Shown here piece after piece: positions 28,127 to 40,618 of a stretch of 42,261 nt of DNA. The translations under genes were made by a program, and so were the position numbers. How positions within the stretch are numbered: position 1 is the first letter of the stretch; each line of letters starts with the position of its first letter. This stretch comes from Klebsormidium nitens (lineage: Eukaryota; Plantae; Klebsormidiophyceae). The notes beneath the pieces were generated by a model. That model was not told the origin of the DNA. It did no database searches and saw only the letters and a program-made list of their open reading frames with translations. Location of the stretch: the NCBI GenBank assembly GCA_000708835.1, contig DF237687.1, positions 1 to 42,261 of the forward strand, given 5' to 3'.

Positions 28127-29819
28127 ATGATCCATGACAACGCACCAAGCAGGATGCACCGGTACAGCAGATCAGATGAAATCCTTGGTTCATCTGAATT
28201 CAAGTCCGTCTACTCTGGCTTTGACCACCAGCAGGGGGTGGCAATTGCCTGGTCTGTGATTGACCTAAAGTCAGGGGACTGCACGGACCAGCTGGTGCGG
28301 ACGCTCCAGCTCATCCAGAGGGTTGAGCACGACCACATCGTGCGCATCCATGACTGGTTTCTGGACCCAGATTCGGGAAAGATGCACGTGGTCACTGACC
28401 TCTTTAGGCCCGGGAACCTGCGGGACCTGCTGAAGGCCGCTGGCACGATAGATGAAATCGTGCTGAGAAGGTGGGGGTGCGACCTGCTGACCGCTATCTC
28501 CTTTGTTCACAGCCTCGATGGCCCTCTCTTCATCCGGAACCTGCGCATGGGAAACGTGGGCNNNNNNNNNNNNNNNNNNNNNNNNNNNNNNNNNNNNNNN
28601 NNNNNNNNNNNNNNNNNNNNNNNNNNNNNNNNNNNNNNNNNNNNNNNNNNNNNNNNNNNNNNNNNNNNNNNNNNNNNNNNNNNNNNNNNNNNNNNNNNNN
28701 NNNNNNNNNNNNNNNNNNNNNNNNNNNNNNNNNNNNNNNNNNNNNNNNNNNNNNNNNNNNNNNNNNNNNNNNNNNNNNNNNNNNNNNNNNNNNNNNNNNN
28801 NNNNNNNNNNNNNNNNNNNNNNNNNNNNNNNNNNNNNNNNNNNNNNNNNNNNNNNNNNNNNNNNNNNNNNNNNNNNNNNNNNNNNNNNNNNNNNNNNNNN
28901 NNNNNNNNNNNNNNNNNNNNNNNNNNNNNNNNNNNNNNNNNNNNNNNNNNNNNNNNNNNNNNNNNNNNNNNNNNNNNNNNNNNNNNNNNNNNNNNNNNNN
29001 NNNNNNNNNNNNNNNNNNNNNNNNAACGCCCCCGTGTTGGTTCATCAGGACGTTGGGGTCATCAAGCTGGATCTGCTGAGCGTTTCGTTTCTGTTCACAT
29101 CCCACGGGTATGCCAGGGAGAGGGTGGAGGCGATCAGGGTCATGTCTCCAGAGCATTTGCTAGGCCCAAGCGATGAGAAGGTGGATATCTACGGGTTTGG
29201 CATGGTCATGCTGGAGGCAGCCACCAGGCTCCAACCGTACAAGGAATGCAGCACGGTTGCAAGCCTCTACGACAAGGTGACACACTTTCAGCCCCCAAAA
29301 GCTCTTGGTGAGGTAAAGGACAAAGGCCTGCGCGACATCATAAAGAGGACGTTGCTGAGGGCGTGCGAGCGGCCCTCCGCACACGAGTTGCTCAACCTCC
29401 CCTACTTTCGATTCGAGCCTAGCCTCTGGGGTATGCATGTGGTGGTAATTGACGACGACCCAGTGAACCTCAGGATGTGCACCAGGCTTTTGGAAAAGGA
29501 GGGCGTCACTGTTGTCCCCTGTAACACTTTCAACGAAGTGATCGCCCTACTGTCCACCCGGGCTTTTGCAGCTCTCATCACTGACATTATTATGCCAATG
29601 ATGAACGGTTTCGAGATGAGCGCAAGGTTGCGGCAGCTGAGGTACAGCTCGCTGATGATCATTGGGATCAGTGCGCAGGAGAGAAAGGACCTTGACGAAC
29701 GCATGGCAGAGAGTGGGATGGATGCGTTTGTGCAGAAGCCCTTTACATTCGAGAACCTGCGGGTTGCATTTACAAGGGCCCGCCTCAGAAGAACTTCGAG
29801 CGCCAAGGAAGTTGCTTAG
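28127..29819 (+). CDS. WNK-like pseudokinase fused to a C-terminal response-regulator receiver (REC) domain
   Basis: RY-x2-DEILG-x3-FKSVY-x2-FD-x3-G-x2-IAW, VDIYGFGM-x2-LE...PYKEC...LYDKV and R-x-SAHELL-x2-P-x-F match WNK kinases. REC: VVVIDDD, LITDIIMPMMNG, IIGISA, FVQKP. A gap lies between subdomains VIb and VII. Confidence 0.88.
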
Positions 29820-29833
29820 GGACCGTTTCATTC

Positions 29834-30630
29834 AGGTATGGCCTTACATACATACATATTGGCAACTGGGAACCAAAGGGGAAACTCTGTACTACTAATC
29901 TGTTATATTCTCCNNNNNNNNNNNNNNNNNNNNNNNNNNNNNNNNNNNNNNNNNNNNNNNNNNNNNNNNNNNNNNNNNNNNNNNNNNNNNNNNNNNNNNN
30001 NNNNNNNNNNNNNNNNNNNNNNNNNNNNNNNNNNNNNNNNNNNNNNNNNNNNNNNNNNNNNNNNNNNNNNNNNNNNNNNNNNNNNNNNNNNNNNNNNNNN
30101 NNNNNNNNNNNNNNNNNNNNNNNNNNNNNNNNNNNNNNNNNNNNNNNNNNNNNNNNNNNNNNNNNNNNNNNNNNNNNNNNNNNNNNNNNNNNNNNNNNNN
30201 NNNNNNNNNNNNNNNNNNNNNNNNNNNNNNNNNNNNNNNNNNNNNNNNNNNNNNNNNNNNNNNNNNNNNNNNNNNNNNNNNNNNNNNNNNNNNNNNNNNN
30301 NNNNNNNNNNNNNNNNNNNNNNNNNNNNNNNNNNNNNNNNNNNNNNNNNNNNNNNNNNNNNNNNNNNNNNNNNNNNNNNNNNNNNNNNNNNNNNNNNNNN
30401 NNNNNNNNNNNNNNNNNNNNNNNNNNNNNNNNNNNNNNNNNNNNNNNNNNNNNNNNNNNNNNNNNNNNNNNNNNNNNNNNNNNNNNNNNNNNNNNNNNNN
30501 NNNNNNNNNNNNNNNNNNTTCTCCAAAAAGTCAATGACAATATAAGGTCTTTTTGGAGGTATGGCCTTACATACATACATATTGGCAACTGGGAGCCAAA
30601 GGGGAAACTCTGTACTGCTAATCTGTTATA
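29834..30630. repeat. 112-bp tandem repeat with an internal hairpin, spanning an assembly gap
   Basis: GGTATGGCCTTACATACATAC...AATCTGTTATA occurs on both sides of the gap. Full unit 30519-30630 contains CTCCAAAAAG-18nt-CTTTTTGGAG. Confidence 0.8.
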
Positions 30631-31281
30631 ATTCCTTCCCTGGAGAAGAAAAAAAATATAACAGATTGTAGTACACAAGTCATGGACCTCCGACCTGTTT
30701 GCTGATATGTATGTAACTAAGGGTCCCTCCTGTGAATCATAAGGCAAGAAGGGTGGGATGGGTGACTCACCTGCTCGCCCCAGCTGCCTATTCCGCAGGT
30801 CCCTTCCCCCTTAAGCCCTTGATTGAATGTTGCGACCCGCTCCTGCTTGTGCTGGCAGGTCACCAGCGGTTCTTGTTGGTCCGCCCTCCTGGGATGCTTG
30901 CATGGACGTCTCTGAGGTGCGTTCTGGAGGGTGTGTTGCAGTGGGGGAGGGCTTCCTGAAAATGACAGAAGAATTAGAAATGTTGAGGCCTTTTGAGCTT
31001 ATATATCAAAAGTTGGATGGCGTGCAGGGGCGGCTGCACGGCAAGGGCTGGCGCCTGCTGCCAGAACATGCCAATGGACGCAACCGCAAGTCGCTCAAAC
31101 ATACAGGGAACGGGTGGAATGCGCGACTTGCCTGCCTTCATTCTACCCGCTCCATGCATGCTTCTAGCCCTTGTGGAGATTGCCACCCTGACCGCCCTTC
31201 TGAGAGGTCTTGTTAGCCTTCCCTTGCCGGTCTGCAGACCATCTGAAGGCCAAAGATCTTTTCCTTTAAAATGTTCAAGAC

Positions 31282-32019
31282 ATGGACAGAGTCGCTCGCA
31301 AGCAGCGCCTGGAGGAAGCCATCAAAGGGCGCGAGTTTGTCATGGGCGGCCTGCAATCCCTTATCACCGACCCACACGCAGTCACAATGAACATCTGGAC
31401 ACAAGACACATACATGGACGTCACATTCTCTGCGAAATATGTTAGGTTTGGGTGGTGGACTGTAAGGAGGTATCGAGTAGTTTATGTTATAGCTCATGAA
31501 CGAAAGGACTTCTCTCGTATTCACACGGCAAACTTCAACATCGACCGGCTGACTGATGACGAGGAGCTTAGGCAAGCTACGGGTGATTCACCTGAGGGGA
31601 TCTTGTGGTCAATTGTGTACCGCAAATGCCCCCCGTGGAAGCCTCTTGAAGCAGTACGGCTCGCTTTCAACGATGGAAGGCTCTTCGACTTGTACGTTTA
31701 CAAGCCGCTGGAAAGAAAGCCTGCAAACATACAGAAAGGCACTGCTAACGTGTTGCGAAATGACACTGAATTTCTGGATGCCAACTGGTGTCCAGTCAAC
31801 CGCCCGAACAAGACCTCTCTAACAAAGACCTCTCTGACTACGTGTACATGCTCAATGACATACAAAAGGATGGTACTAAAGGATGGTACTGTCCCAAAGG
31901 TTCCGGAGGTGAGTCTGTTTTCGCCTTATGTTGTCATATGTCGTCATCCCCTTCCCCTAAAAAGGAAGGGAGTGCTCTTTGTCTATAGTGTCTTTTGGTT
32001 GCGGGCCTACGTTGTGTAG
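31282..32019 (+). CDS. Hypothetical protein
   Basis: 245-aa ATG ORF, globular alpha/beta-like composition; possible donor GAG|GTGAGT near 31908, so the 3' end is uncertain. Confidence 0.5.
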   Translation: MDRVARKQRLEEAIKGREFVMGGLQSLITDPHAVTMNIWTQDTYMDVTFSAKYVRFGWWTVRRYRVVYVIAHERKDFSRIHTANFNIDRLTDDEELRQATGDSPEGILWSIVYRKCPPWKPLEAVRLAFNDGRLFDLYVYKPLERKPANIQKGTANVLRNDTEFLDANWCPVNRPNKTSLTKTSLTTCTCSMTYKRMVLKDGTVPKVPEVSLFSPYVVICRHPLPLKRKGVLFVYSVFWLRAYVV

Positions 32020-32129
32020 TCTAGGGTACTCAATCGAAGCTCCTACTCCATTATGATTAGCTGGACGTGCAAAACTGCCCAGCTTGCGACCATTGTTGAG
32101 TACCGGCACTGCTGTCATTGAGAGGTTCT

Positions 32130-32870
32130 GCAGCAGAGAGAAAGAGCACCCGTGGTGACCGGCCGTGGATTAAAGGTGAGTCCTCTGAGGACTGCATGCG
32201 TTTTGTGCAGCTGCTTTTCTGAGCCGCCGGTGCATAAGCTGGTCGGACCAATCTGCAAACAAAAAGGGCAACAGCGCTGAGGACTTGCTTGAAGTTGTGT
32301 TGGTATGTCAATTTAGGTCAGCTTTTCTGTCACCAGACATTGTGCTCTTTACTACTGGCACCTTGCTTGTCCTTATACTCTGTCGCTGGTTGATTTTGTG
32401 ATGCTTTCAACATGTTTCAAAGGCCATCTCACAGATAGAAGAGGTGTAGGTTGAGAGTTGAACAATTGACCAAAAGGAAAATGGTATTTGCCCGGTTGAA
32501 TGCAGGCTGCAGGAGAGAAGGTCAGGCTTGTGGTGCAAAACTGCCTTGCGACCTTTACATAAGAGGAACATAAGAGGAGAGGAAAAAGCACCCGTGATAA
32601 CCTGCAGTAGAAAGGTAAGTCTTTGCAGATGACAAACGCAATCTGTGTTCGTGCCTTTTCGGCTGTCGGTGCATAAGCCAGATAAGCCGGTTGCCTCAGT
32701 CGGACCCCTGTTCAATCCAGAGCAACAGCCCAGGACTGACTTGGAGTTGTGCTGGTATGTCCAGATATGAATTCTTCTTCAACAAACATTGTATGTCTTG
32801 TTTACAACTGTCACCTTGGTAGTCCTCCAAACCTGTCAATTTGGCTGATGTTATAATGCTTTTGAAGGTA
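32130..32870. repeat. Diverged ~440-bp tandem duplication
   Basis: Collinear matching blocks: AAAGAGCACCCGTG/AAAAGCACCCGTG, GGTGCATAAGC twice, GAAGTTGTGTTGGTATGTC/GGAGTTGTGCTGGTATGTC, TGATGCTTTCAA/TAATGCTTTTGAA. Confidence 0.55.
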
Positions 32871-33223
32871 GATTAAGCGCACGCATAAACGTTGTGTAAA
32901 AAGCATAAGTCTCAATCAGAAGATTGTGCTAGAGGGGAAGAGGTTTTGTGGAGAGCCTTTTTTGAGCAGAAAATTGCATGGTGCTGGTTCGCTAGGTTAT
33001 TATTTTATGATGTGCGGTCTATCTGGCAGGAACATTGAATGTTGCATCACATTATGACCTTAGCTGCAGCAAGGTGGCAAAGTCACAGAACGCCTCGATT
33101 CAGAACGAGAGCTTCTATGCAATCGTAGTGTGGAACTCAAGAGCCTATAAGCCCCATTGCGTTGACTGGCAGGATTTCGTTTTGCAGGTTTACCCCCCGA
33201 CTCTGAAGAAACTTCAAAGGACC

Positions 33224-36200
33224 ATGGCCATGATCACACCAACCCTAATTATGAGGATGCTGATCCTTGTGACCTTGTACGGGTGCGGACTCCTAAGTGG
33301 TGTGCACTCAGTTACTATGGAGGAGATTGGCAGTCTGGTTCAGGGCCCCCTCTGGAACCAGAGTAGCATTGATCTTTCCTTTAGACGACTGTCAGGTCCC
33401 ATCCCCCCCGAACTTGGCGGCCTGACCAACCTCACCTACCTCGATCTTTCTACAAATTATCTCTCCGGCTTCATCCCCTCCGAGCTTAGCAACCTGGCTC
33501 AACTCACCTACCTCAATCTCTCTTCAAACAGTCTCTCTGGCCCCATCTTCCTCGAACTTGGCAGCCTAACCAACCTCACCTACCTCGATCTTTCTACAAA
33601 TCATNNNNNNNNNNNNNNNNNNNNNNNNNNNNNNNNNNNNNNNNNNNNNNNNNNNNNNNNNNNNNNNNNNNNNNNNNNNNNNNNNNNNNNNNNNNNNNNN
33701 NNNNNNNNNNNNNNNNNNNNNNNNNNNNNNNNNNNNNNNNNNNNNNNNNNNNNNNNNNNNNNNNNNNNNNNNNNNNNNNNNNNNNNNNNNNNNNNNNNNN
33801 NNNNNNNNNNNNNNNNNNNNNNNNNNNNNNNNNNNNNNNNNNNNNNNNNNNNNNNNNNNNNNNNNNNNNNNNNNNNNNNNNNNNNNNNNNNNNNNNNNNN
33901 NNNNNNNNNNNNNNNNNNNNNNNNNNNNNNNNNNNNNNNNNNNNNNNNNNNNNNNNNNNNNNNNNNNNNNNNNNNNNNNNNNNNNNNNNNNNNNNNNNNN
34001 NNNNNNNNNNNNNNNNNNNNNNNNNNNNNNNNNNNNNNNNNNNNNNNNNNNNNNNNNNNNNNNNNNNNNNNNNNNNNNNNNNNNNNNNNNNNNNNNNNNN
34101 NNNNNNNNNNNNNNNNNNNNNNNNNNNNNNNNNNNNNNNNNNNNNNNNNNNNNNNNNNNNNNNNNNNNNNNNNNNNNNNNNNNNNNNNNNNNNNNNNNNN
34201 NNNNNNNNNNNNNNNNNNNNNNNNNNNNNNNNNNNNNNNNNNNNNNNNNNNNNNNNNNNNNNNNNNNNNNNNNNNNNNNNNNNNNNNNNNNNNNNNNNNN
34301 NNNNNNNNNNNNNNNNNNNNNNNNNNNNNNNNNNNNNNNNNNNNNNNNNNNNNNNNNNNNNNNNNNNNNNNNNNNNNNNNNNNNNNNNNNNNNNNNNNNN
34401 NNNNNNNNNNNNNNNNNNNNNNNNNNNNNNNNNNNNNNNNNNNNNNNNNNNNNNNNNNNNNNNNNNNNNNNNNNNNNNNNNNNNNNNNNNNNNNNNCTAC
34501 CTCGATCTTTCTACAAATCATCTCTCCGGCCCCCTCCCCCCCGAGCTCAGCATCCTAACTAAGCTCACCTACCTCAATCTCTCTTCAAACATTCTCTCTG
34601 GCCCCATCTTCCCCGATCTCGGCAGCCTGACCGATCTCACCATGCTTCTCCTCTCCGGAAACAACTTGTCTGGCCCCATCCCCCCCAGGCTCAGCAACCT
34701 AACCAAGCTCACCGACCTCGATCTTTCTGTAAACATTCTCTCCGGCCTCATCCCCCCGGAACTCGGCAACCTGACCAACCTTACCCTCCTTGATCTCCAT
34801 CGGAATGCTCTCTTTGGTTCGATTCCCCCCCAACTTGGCAGCCTAACCAACCTCAACATGCTCAGCCTCCCTTACAACAACTTGTCAGGTCCCATACCCC
34901 CCGAGCTCGGCAACCTGACCAGCCTCACCGTCTTATACCTCTTCGACAACACCCTCTCCGGCCCCATTCCCCCTGAGCTCGGCAGCCTGACCAGCCTCAC
35001 CGTCTTATACCTCTCTTCCAACGCCCTGTCTGGCCCCATTCCTGCTGAGTTGGGCAACCTAACCAACCTCACCGGCCTATACCTCTCCCGCAACAACCTC
35101 TCCAGCATTCCCCCTGAGCTCGGCAAACTGACCAGCCTCACCGATATAAACCTCTCCGGCAATAACCTCTCCAGCATTCCCCCTGAGCTCGGCGGCCTGA
35201 CCAGCCTCACCAATTTAAACCTCGCTGGCAACACCGCCCTCTCCGGCCCCATACCCCCCGAGCTCGGCAACCTGACAAGATTAACATACTTATTCCTCCC
35301 ATATAACAACCTCTCCGGCCAGATCCCCCCCGAGCTCGGCAGCCTGACCAACCTCACCCACTTATACCTCTTCAACAACGCCCTCTCCGGCCCCATTCCT
35401 TCTGAGCTCGGCGACTCGAACGCGCCTACTACCGTCGTTACACTTACNNNNNNNNNNNNNNNNNNNNNNNNNNNNNNNNNNNNNNNNNNNNNNNNNNNNN
35501 NNNNNNACACACTCNCGCCNCNCNCCCGCGCTCGCACNCTCACCACCTCCACCTACTACTACCTCTCCACCACCGACCCTCCTCCGGCCCACTTCCTTCT
35601 GACGCGTCGGCCGCCTCACCAGCCTCACCTCGTTACAACTTTACAGCAACGCCCTGTCCAGCCCCATTCCTTCCGAGCTTGGCAACCTGATCAACCTCAC
35701 CAGCGTTGACCTCTCCTACAACAGCCTCTCTGGCCCAATTCCTCCAGAGCTCGGCACCCTGACCAAGCTCAGATACTTCGCCCTCTCCAACAACAGCCTC
35801 TCCGGCCCCCTTCCCCCCGAGCTTGGCAGCCTGACCAGCCTCACCAGCTTATACCTCTCCAACAACAGCCTCTCTGGCCCAATTCCTCCAAAGCTCGGCA
35901 ACCTGACCAAGCTCGGATACTTCGAGCTTTACAACAACGCCCTCTCCGGCCCGATCCCACCTGAGCTCAGCAACCTGACCGACCTTAACGAACTTTCCCT
36001 CTACAACAACGCCCTCTCCGGCCCGATTCCTCTGGAGCTCGGCAAAATGAGGAACCTCGAGTTCTTAGACCTCTCGAACAACAGCCTCTCCAGCCGAATT
36101 CCTCCTGAGCTCGGCAAATTGAGGTACCTCCGCTACTTAGACCTTTCCAACAACAGCTTCTCTAGCCGAATTCCTCTTGAGCTCGGCAGCCCGGATTCGG

Positions 36201-36532
36201 ACCTCGCCTACTTGTACCTCCACAACAACAACCTCTCTGGCCCGATTCCGGCTGAGTTCGGCAACCTGACCGCACTCACCAACTTAACCCTCTACGAGAA
36301 CGCCCTCTCCGGCCCGATTCCTCCAAGTCTCCTTCGATTTGGCAACACATCTTTCTATCCTGGAAACTCGGGACTCTGCTGCACCAACTGCAGCGCCGAC
36401 TTCAACTCGCAGTGCCCCAATCCACCACCTCCGGAGCCATCATCGTCATCATCTCCTTCAGTCGGACCCATTGTCGGTGGAGTTATTGCGGGAGCTGCTC
36501 TCGTCCTGGCCTTTGCAAGCTTAGGGTACTGA
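33224..36532 (+). CDS. Plant-type extracellular LRR receptor-like protein (signal peptide, many 24-aa LRRs, Pro/Ser stalk, TM), stopped right after the TM
   Basis: MAMITPTLIMRMLILVTLYGCGLLSGVHS leader; repeated LSGPIPPELGNLTNLTxLxLSxN; GNSGLCC cap; IVGGVIAGAALVLAFASLGY then TGA. Spans two gaps. Confidence 0.88.
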
Positions 36533-39500
36533 ATTTACCGTAGAAAGACTCGGATGTCAGGTTTTAGGGTTCGTGACACAGAGGTGGTTGCTTTCTAGGA
36601 GTTGGGCCGGCGATCTTTCGTTTAGCCGGTTACGGGGCCTGTTAAAAGGATGCCCACAGTATAGGCCCGGTATGTCCGTCTGACATAGAACAAATCACAG
36701 ATAGTGACTTAAGAAACTTAAGAAACTCACAGGCCCGGACTCTCAGTATTGAAGCTTCCGACTTTTTTATTAGGTTTTAAGTGATGGAAACCTAGTGGGA
36801 GACTTGAACCATCTAGATTTTGATTAGAGGGCCGGCCATCGTGGTGTGTATGTGCGGTTTATCTCTGAGATTTATTCACTCAATCGCGAAACGTCTGTAT
36901 GAAGCGCGAACCCTGAATCGCCTCATGACCATGAGAAAAGGTTAGTTGCAGCCTGACGTCGATTGCTACGTTTGACGTAAGACAAGCTATGTTGCATCTT
37001 CTTTTCGAATGGATCAAATCTAGTTGGACTACGTCCGCCTGCTGTCGCTCTATTTAATGCTTGGTGCAGGCAATACATAGGGCAATGAAGGGCTTCTTCG
37101 TTCTGGGAAGTGCGGCAACATCTAGCGCTTCTCATCCAGATATAGGAGGACGGTCGCCCGAAGGCCTCGTTGGATGTCGAATTGTTTTGGAGCAATGACC
37201 TCAGGCTGCCTGTTTGGCTGCTTCGTAATGATGTGCCCCTGACGATTGGCGAGCGCAAGCTTCAAACGGCCGCTCATGTGAGACCAGTCGGACGGACGTT
37301 CGTTTCTGAAGTCCCCTGTAATGTATGGAAGTACGGCGCTGTTTTGCGTCAGCTCCGCTGTGAGTCTAGAGGAAAAACCTCTCGGTTGTTTGGAACTTCG
37401 CTTCGTTCGTTTCAGTGGTTGCAAACAGCTGGTTATTATTTCAGCTTTTGTTGGCTTCTTCCGTTGCAAGCATGCAGAGCTCTCATTCACTCATCAAGTT
37501 GTGCATCAGAGTGACTTGGCTATTTAATTGATTGGGCCCTTTTAGGAATATGTTTGTCATGAACGTCTGCTTCTTACGTACATCTGGTGTGATTTTGGCT
37601 TGCACATCACAACTCAAGATTGGTTGCCTTCCGGGCCGGCAGTAATCGTGTTTGCGGTTTCCCTGTCTTTAAACGGGGGGCGAGGGGACATAAACCCCAG
37701 ATTCCAAACTGCTCTGAAGCCGGATCTGCAGATCCTCGCTTAACAACTGAGTCAAGAATTCTTGTTAAGCGCACTTCCTTGACCGGCTTGAAATGTACTG
37801 GAGAACGGCCGTTGATATTTGTATGACGGAGTGTGTTGAATGATGATCATTCTTGCCAGAGCCACGTACCTTCAACACTAGCATGATATCAGTTAACCCG
37901 CAACGTACGCAGTCAAACAGTTCAAACTGCCAAGGTTGTACGCCGGAACACGTTCGGCAATGCATCGCCCCGCATTCGCCCTGGTAGAGCACCAATTCGC
38001 GACGTGCGTTGGTGGCCCGTTGCGTCCTCTTTTGAATCTGACTAATCTATCAAGGGTTAGGTCGCCCAGCTGTTTTAGTCCAGCTCAGGCGGTGATCTAT
38101 GATAGTGTCAGGAACCTTGCGCGCGCTAGCTGTCGACGTCTTCTCTTTTTCCGTGACTCAATCTTGGCCAATATTTTGCTTCAAAGGGGTCCAAGGTTGA
38201 TGCCATGAGAAGCTTTTGCCATCGCTCTGCATATCCACGTCGGGCAACGACGCCGCTCAGTTGAAGCCGCCTTCCCTTTTCTTCGGTGTTGTACAATAGT
38301 GCATTGATATTATTCTGTAGTCTTCTGTAGATCCAACGTGCCTTATTTGCAGTCTGTGTTGATGTCTGAGGGCCAGAAATTGATTGCAGATTGAACCCAA
38401 GTCAATTTTGTTCTCGGCCATTCTGGCCGTGGGTTGAGAGCGCGTGTAACCACGTACGTGAGCATTGGCTTGCACAACGGATTTCAGTTCGCTCTGCCTC
38501 GTCTGCCTTTCCAGTCCTACTCGAATGAAACGGCGTCCCAGTTCTTCCAACTGGAACGGTTTGAAATGTAAATCTCTCATGGGCGAACAGGCACAGGAAG
38601 TTTCAGCAAAAGCTGCTGGCGAGGGCGGCCGCGGTCACCGCGTGCGCGCAGCGACCGCGCGACCACGCTAAGTACGGCGGGGGCGCGTCGCACTTGCGTC
38701 GCACAATACCCTCAGCTAAAGCAGCCGTTCCCAACGTACGTCAAAAGGGCGTGGCGGCCAGCACCACTGCCCCGGCCTCTGGTATCGTTGAAGAACAGCT
38801 TAGCGGCCGCGGGCGCAGCGGCCGCAACGGTGCCGAGGGGCGCGGCGGCGGTCGTGGCCACGCACAGGCGCGGCGAGGCGCTGCGCCAAGATAAAAACGC
38901 CGTTATGCAGCTGAGTTCAGGTGCCAAACGCTTTCTCCGACTACAAATTGATCAAAAAGGTTCAGGGTACTTCATTATCATGGTGATGCGTCAAGACGTG
39001 TTCCTGAGGTGGGTGTTCCTTTGAGGTTTTACGCCCCAAGAGCTTTTGGAAGTTTCTAAGTTAGCTGCCATCATCAAGCGGTAATATCTGGCGATGAAGA
39101 GTCCGAATACCTATGCCGTTCCTGAAAGCTCGGCACATCTTCGAACACCTCGGACTTTAGCACGTAGCACCTTGTCCAAAACGTTCTCAGAAACGACCGT
39201 GGGCGCTTTGCAGAACCGATGATTTCAGGACCGAAGCTTACCCGAGTCTGTGCGTAAGTACTGGCTGTGACGGTTGGCTCTTTGGTAGTCGCCGCATCTG
39301 CAGCAGAAGAAGATTGACTACGACCAGTAACGATACTTGAGTTGCTTGAGCATTCATTATTCCTGATCGCGACACCTCTACGAACCGCGCCCGCGATTAT
39401 GACCAAGTGAAAAGGCTGGCTGTTGGCTGACGTCCATTTCACGATCTTCTTCGAAGCAATCACTCCTAATCGAATTTTGGCTCCGAATCGGTCTCGAGGA

Positions 39501-40584
39501 TGTGTTCTCTTGCAGTGCTTCGTGCTCGGTAAGGCGATAAAGGGCTTCTGCTCGTTTTGAGAAGGTGCAACGTAGTTCTGTGCTTCTCATCCAGACGTAG
39601 AAGGCCTCAATGAAGCCGGATGGTTTTGAACCCCTGTTTTTCTGTCTGCTCGGCTTGGCGAGAATAGGCTCTAGAGGTATCGTGAGCGCCAGGTTGCTCC
39701 GGCCGCTCAATCGACTGATAAACCGGACGTAACTCGAGCTCCTGAAGCCAGTATTCCTTGTGAGGGCAATGATCGGGCTATGCCGCACTGGTGCTTTGTG
39801 TAGGAGGGGAAGTCGGAAGACTTATAATTTTACTGAATTTTGACGGACCCACCATTGTCAAGTTTTGGGAAGAAAAATATGTCCATCAGTCAGCCTAGCA
39901 CGGTAGCAAGCGGCTGCTCCGAGATTAGAATTTGACCGTATTGTCTTTAGGCTCTTTGAAGCAGTTCAGTGCTCCTTAAGCGAGGCATTTCATTTGCCGC
40001 TTGCGACCAAGGACGCTTAGACTGTGCGACTCCTGTCAGTCTGCATGTAGCTGTTTGGCAATGATCGTTGCAGCAATCTGAGCACTTCGTTTGAAGCCTC
40101 TAGTCAAGTCGTCACGAAGTTTGTTGAGCTCTTCAAGTTTGCGGGCATATAATCTCCATCATGGGGCCGTGAAAAATGGAGTTGGTGGGATGCCTATTCT
40201 GGAGCCCACTGCTCTAGCGATACAGGTTAAGCTTTGATATGAGGCCGCCCTAGACCCTCATGTCTATATTCCTTCTCTTAAGGTCCACACCGAGAGAAAG
40301 CCCTTGTCTGGTTCTTTTCTTAAGTTCGTCTCAAGTTAAGACGGGCTTCAGACTGGAACCAGACGGGTTCAGACATATGTCAGACATCTTCAAGACATGG
40401 TCGAAACGGGCCGCCACGTAAGGCCGACCGGAACCAGACATGGTCCAGACATAGTTGAGACATCCTTCAGACGGATTTTGATGTCTGGTTCGGAAAAAAT
40501 GAGACAAAGTTCAGACATGTCTGTGTGTCCGAATACTGTCTTAAATCAGTCTCGACAAGGTCTGTAAGCAGTCCGGGTCTCTTC

Positions 40585-40618
40585 AGACAGCGCGTGCTAG
40601 TACTAGCACGCGCTGTCT
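40585..40618. repeat. Perfect 34-bp palindrome within a field of short direct and inverted repeats (about 40290-40660)
   Basis: AGACAGCGCGTGCTAGTACTAGCACGCGCTGTCT equals its reverse complement. Neighbouring GAACCAGAC/GTCTGGTTC and AGACAT repeats. Confidence 0.93.

Noticed and set aside
33580-34521. Identical 25-nt sequence on both sides of the LRR gap as a target-site duplication
   Set aside because: Better explained by LRR repeat similarity or contig overlap.
34569-35910. Antisense ORFs (RLVRLPSSGGMGPER repeats)
   Set aside because: Shadow frames of the LRR codon pattern.
36900-39800. Protein-coding genes among the many short ORFs
   Set aside because: Frames are interrupted by frequent stops and I recognise no domain; probably decayed TE or pseudogene DNA.
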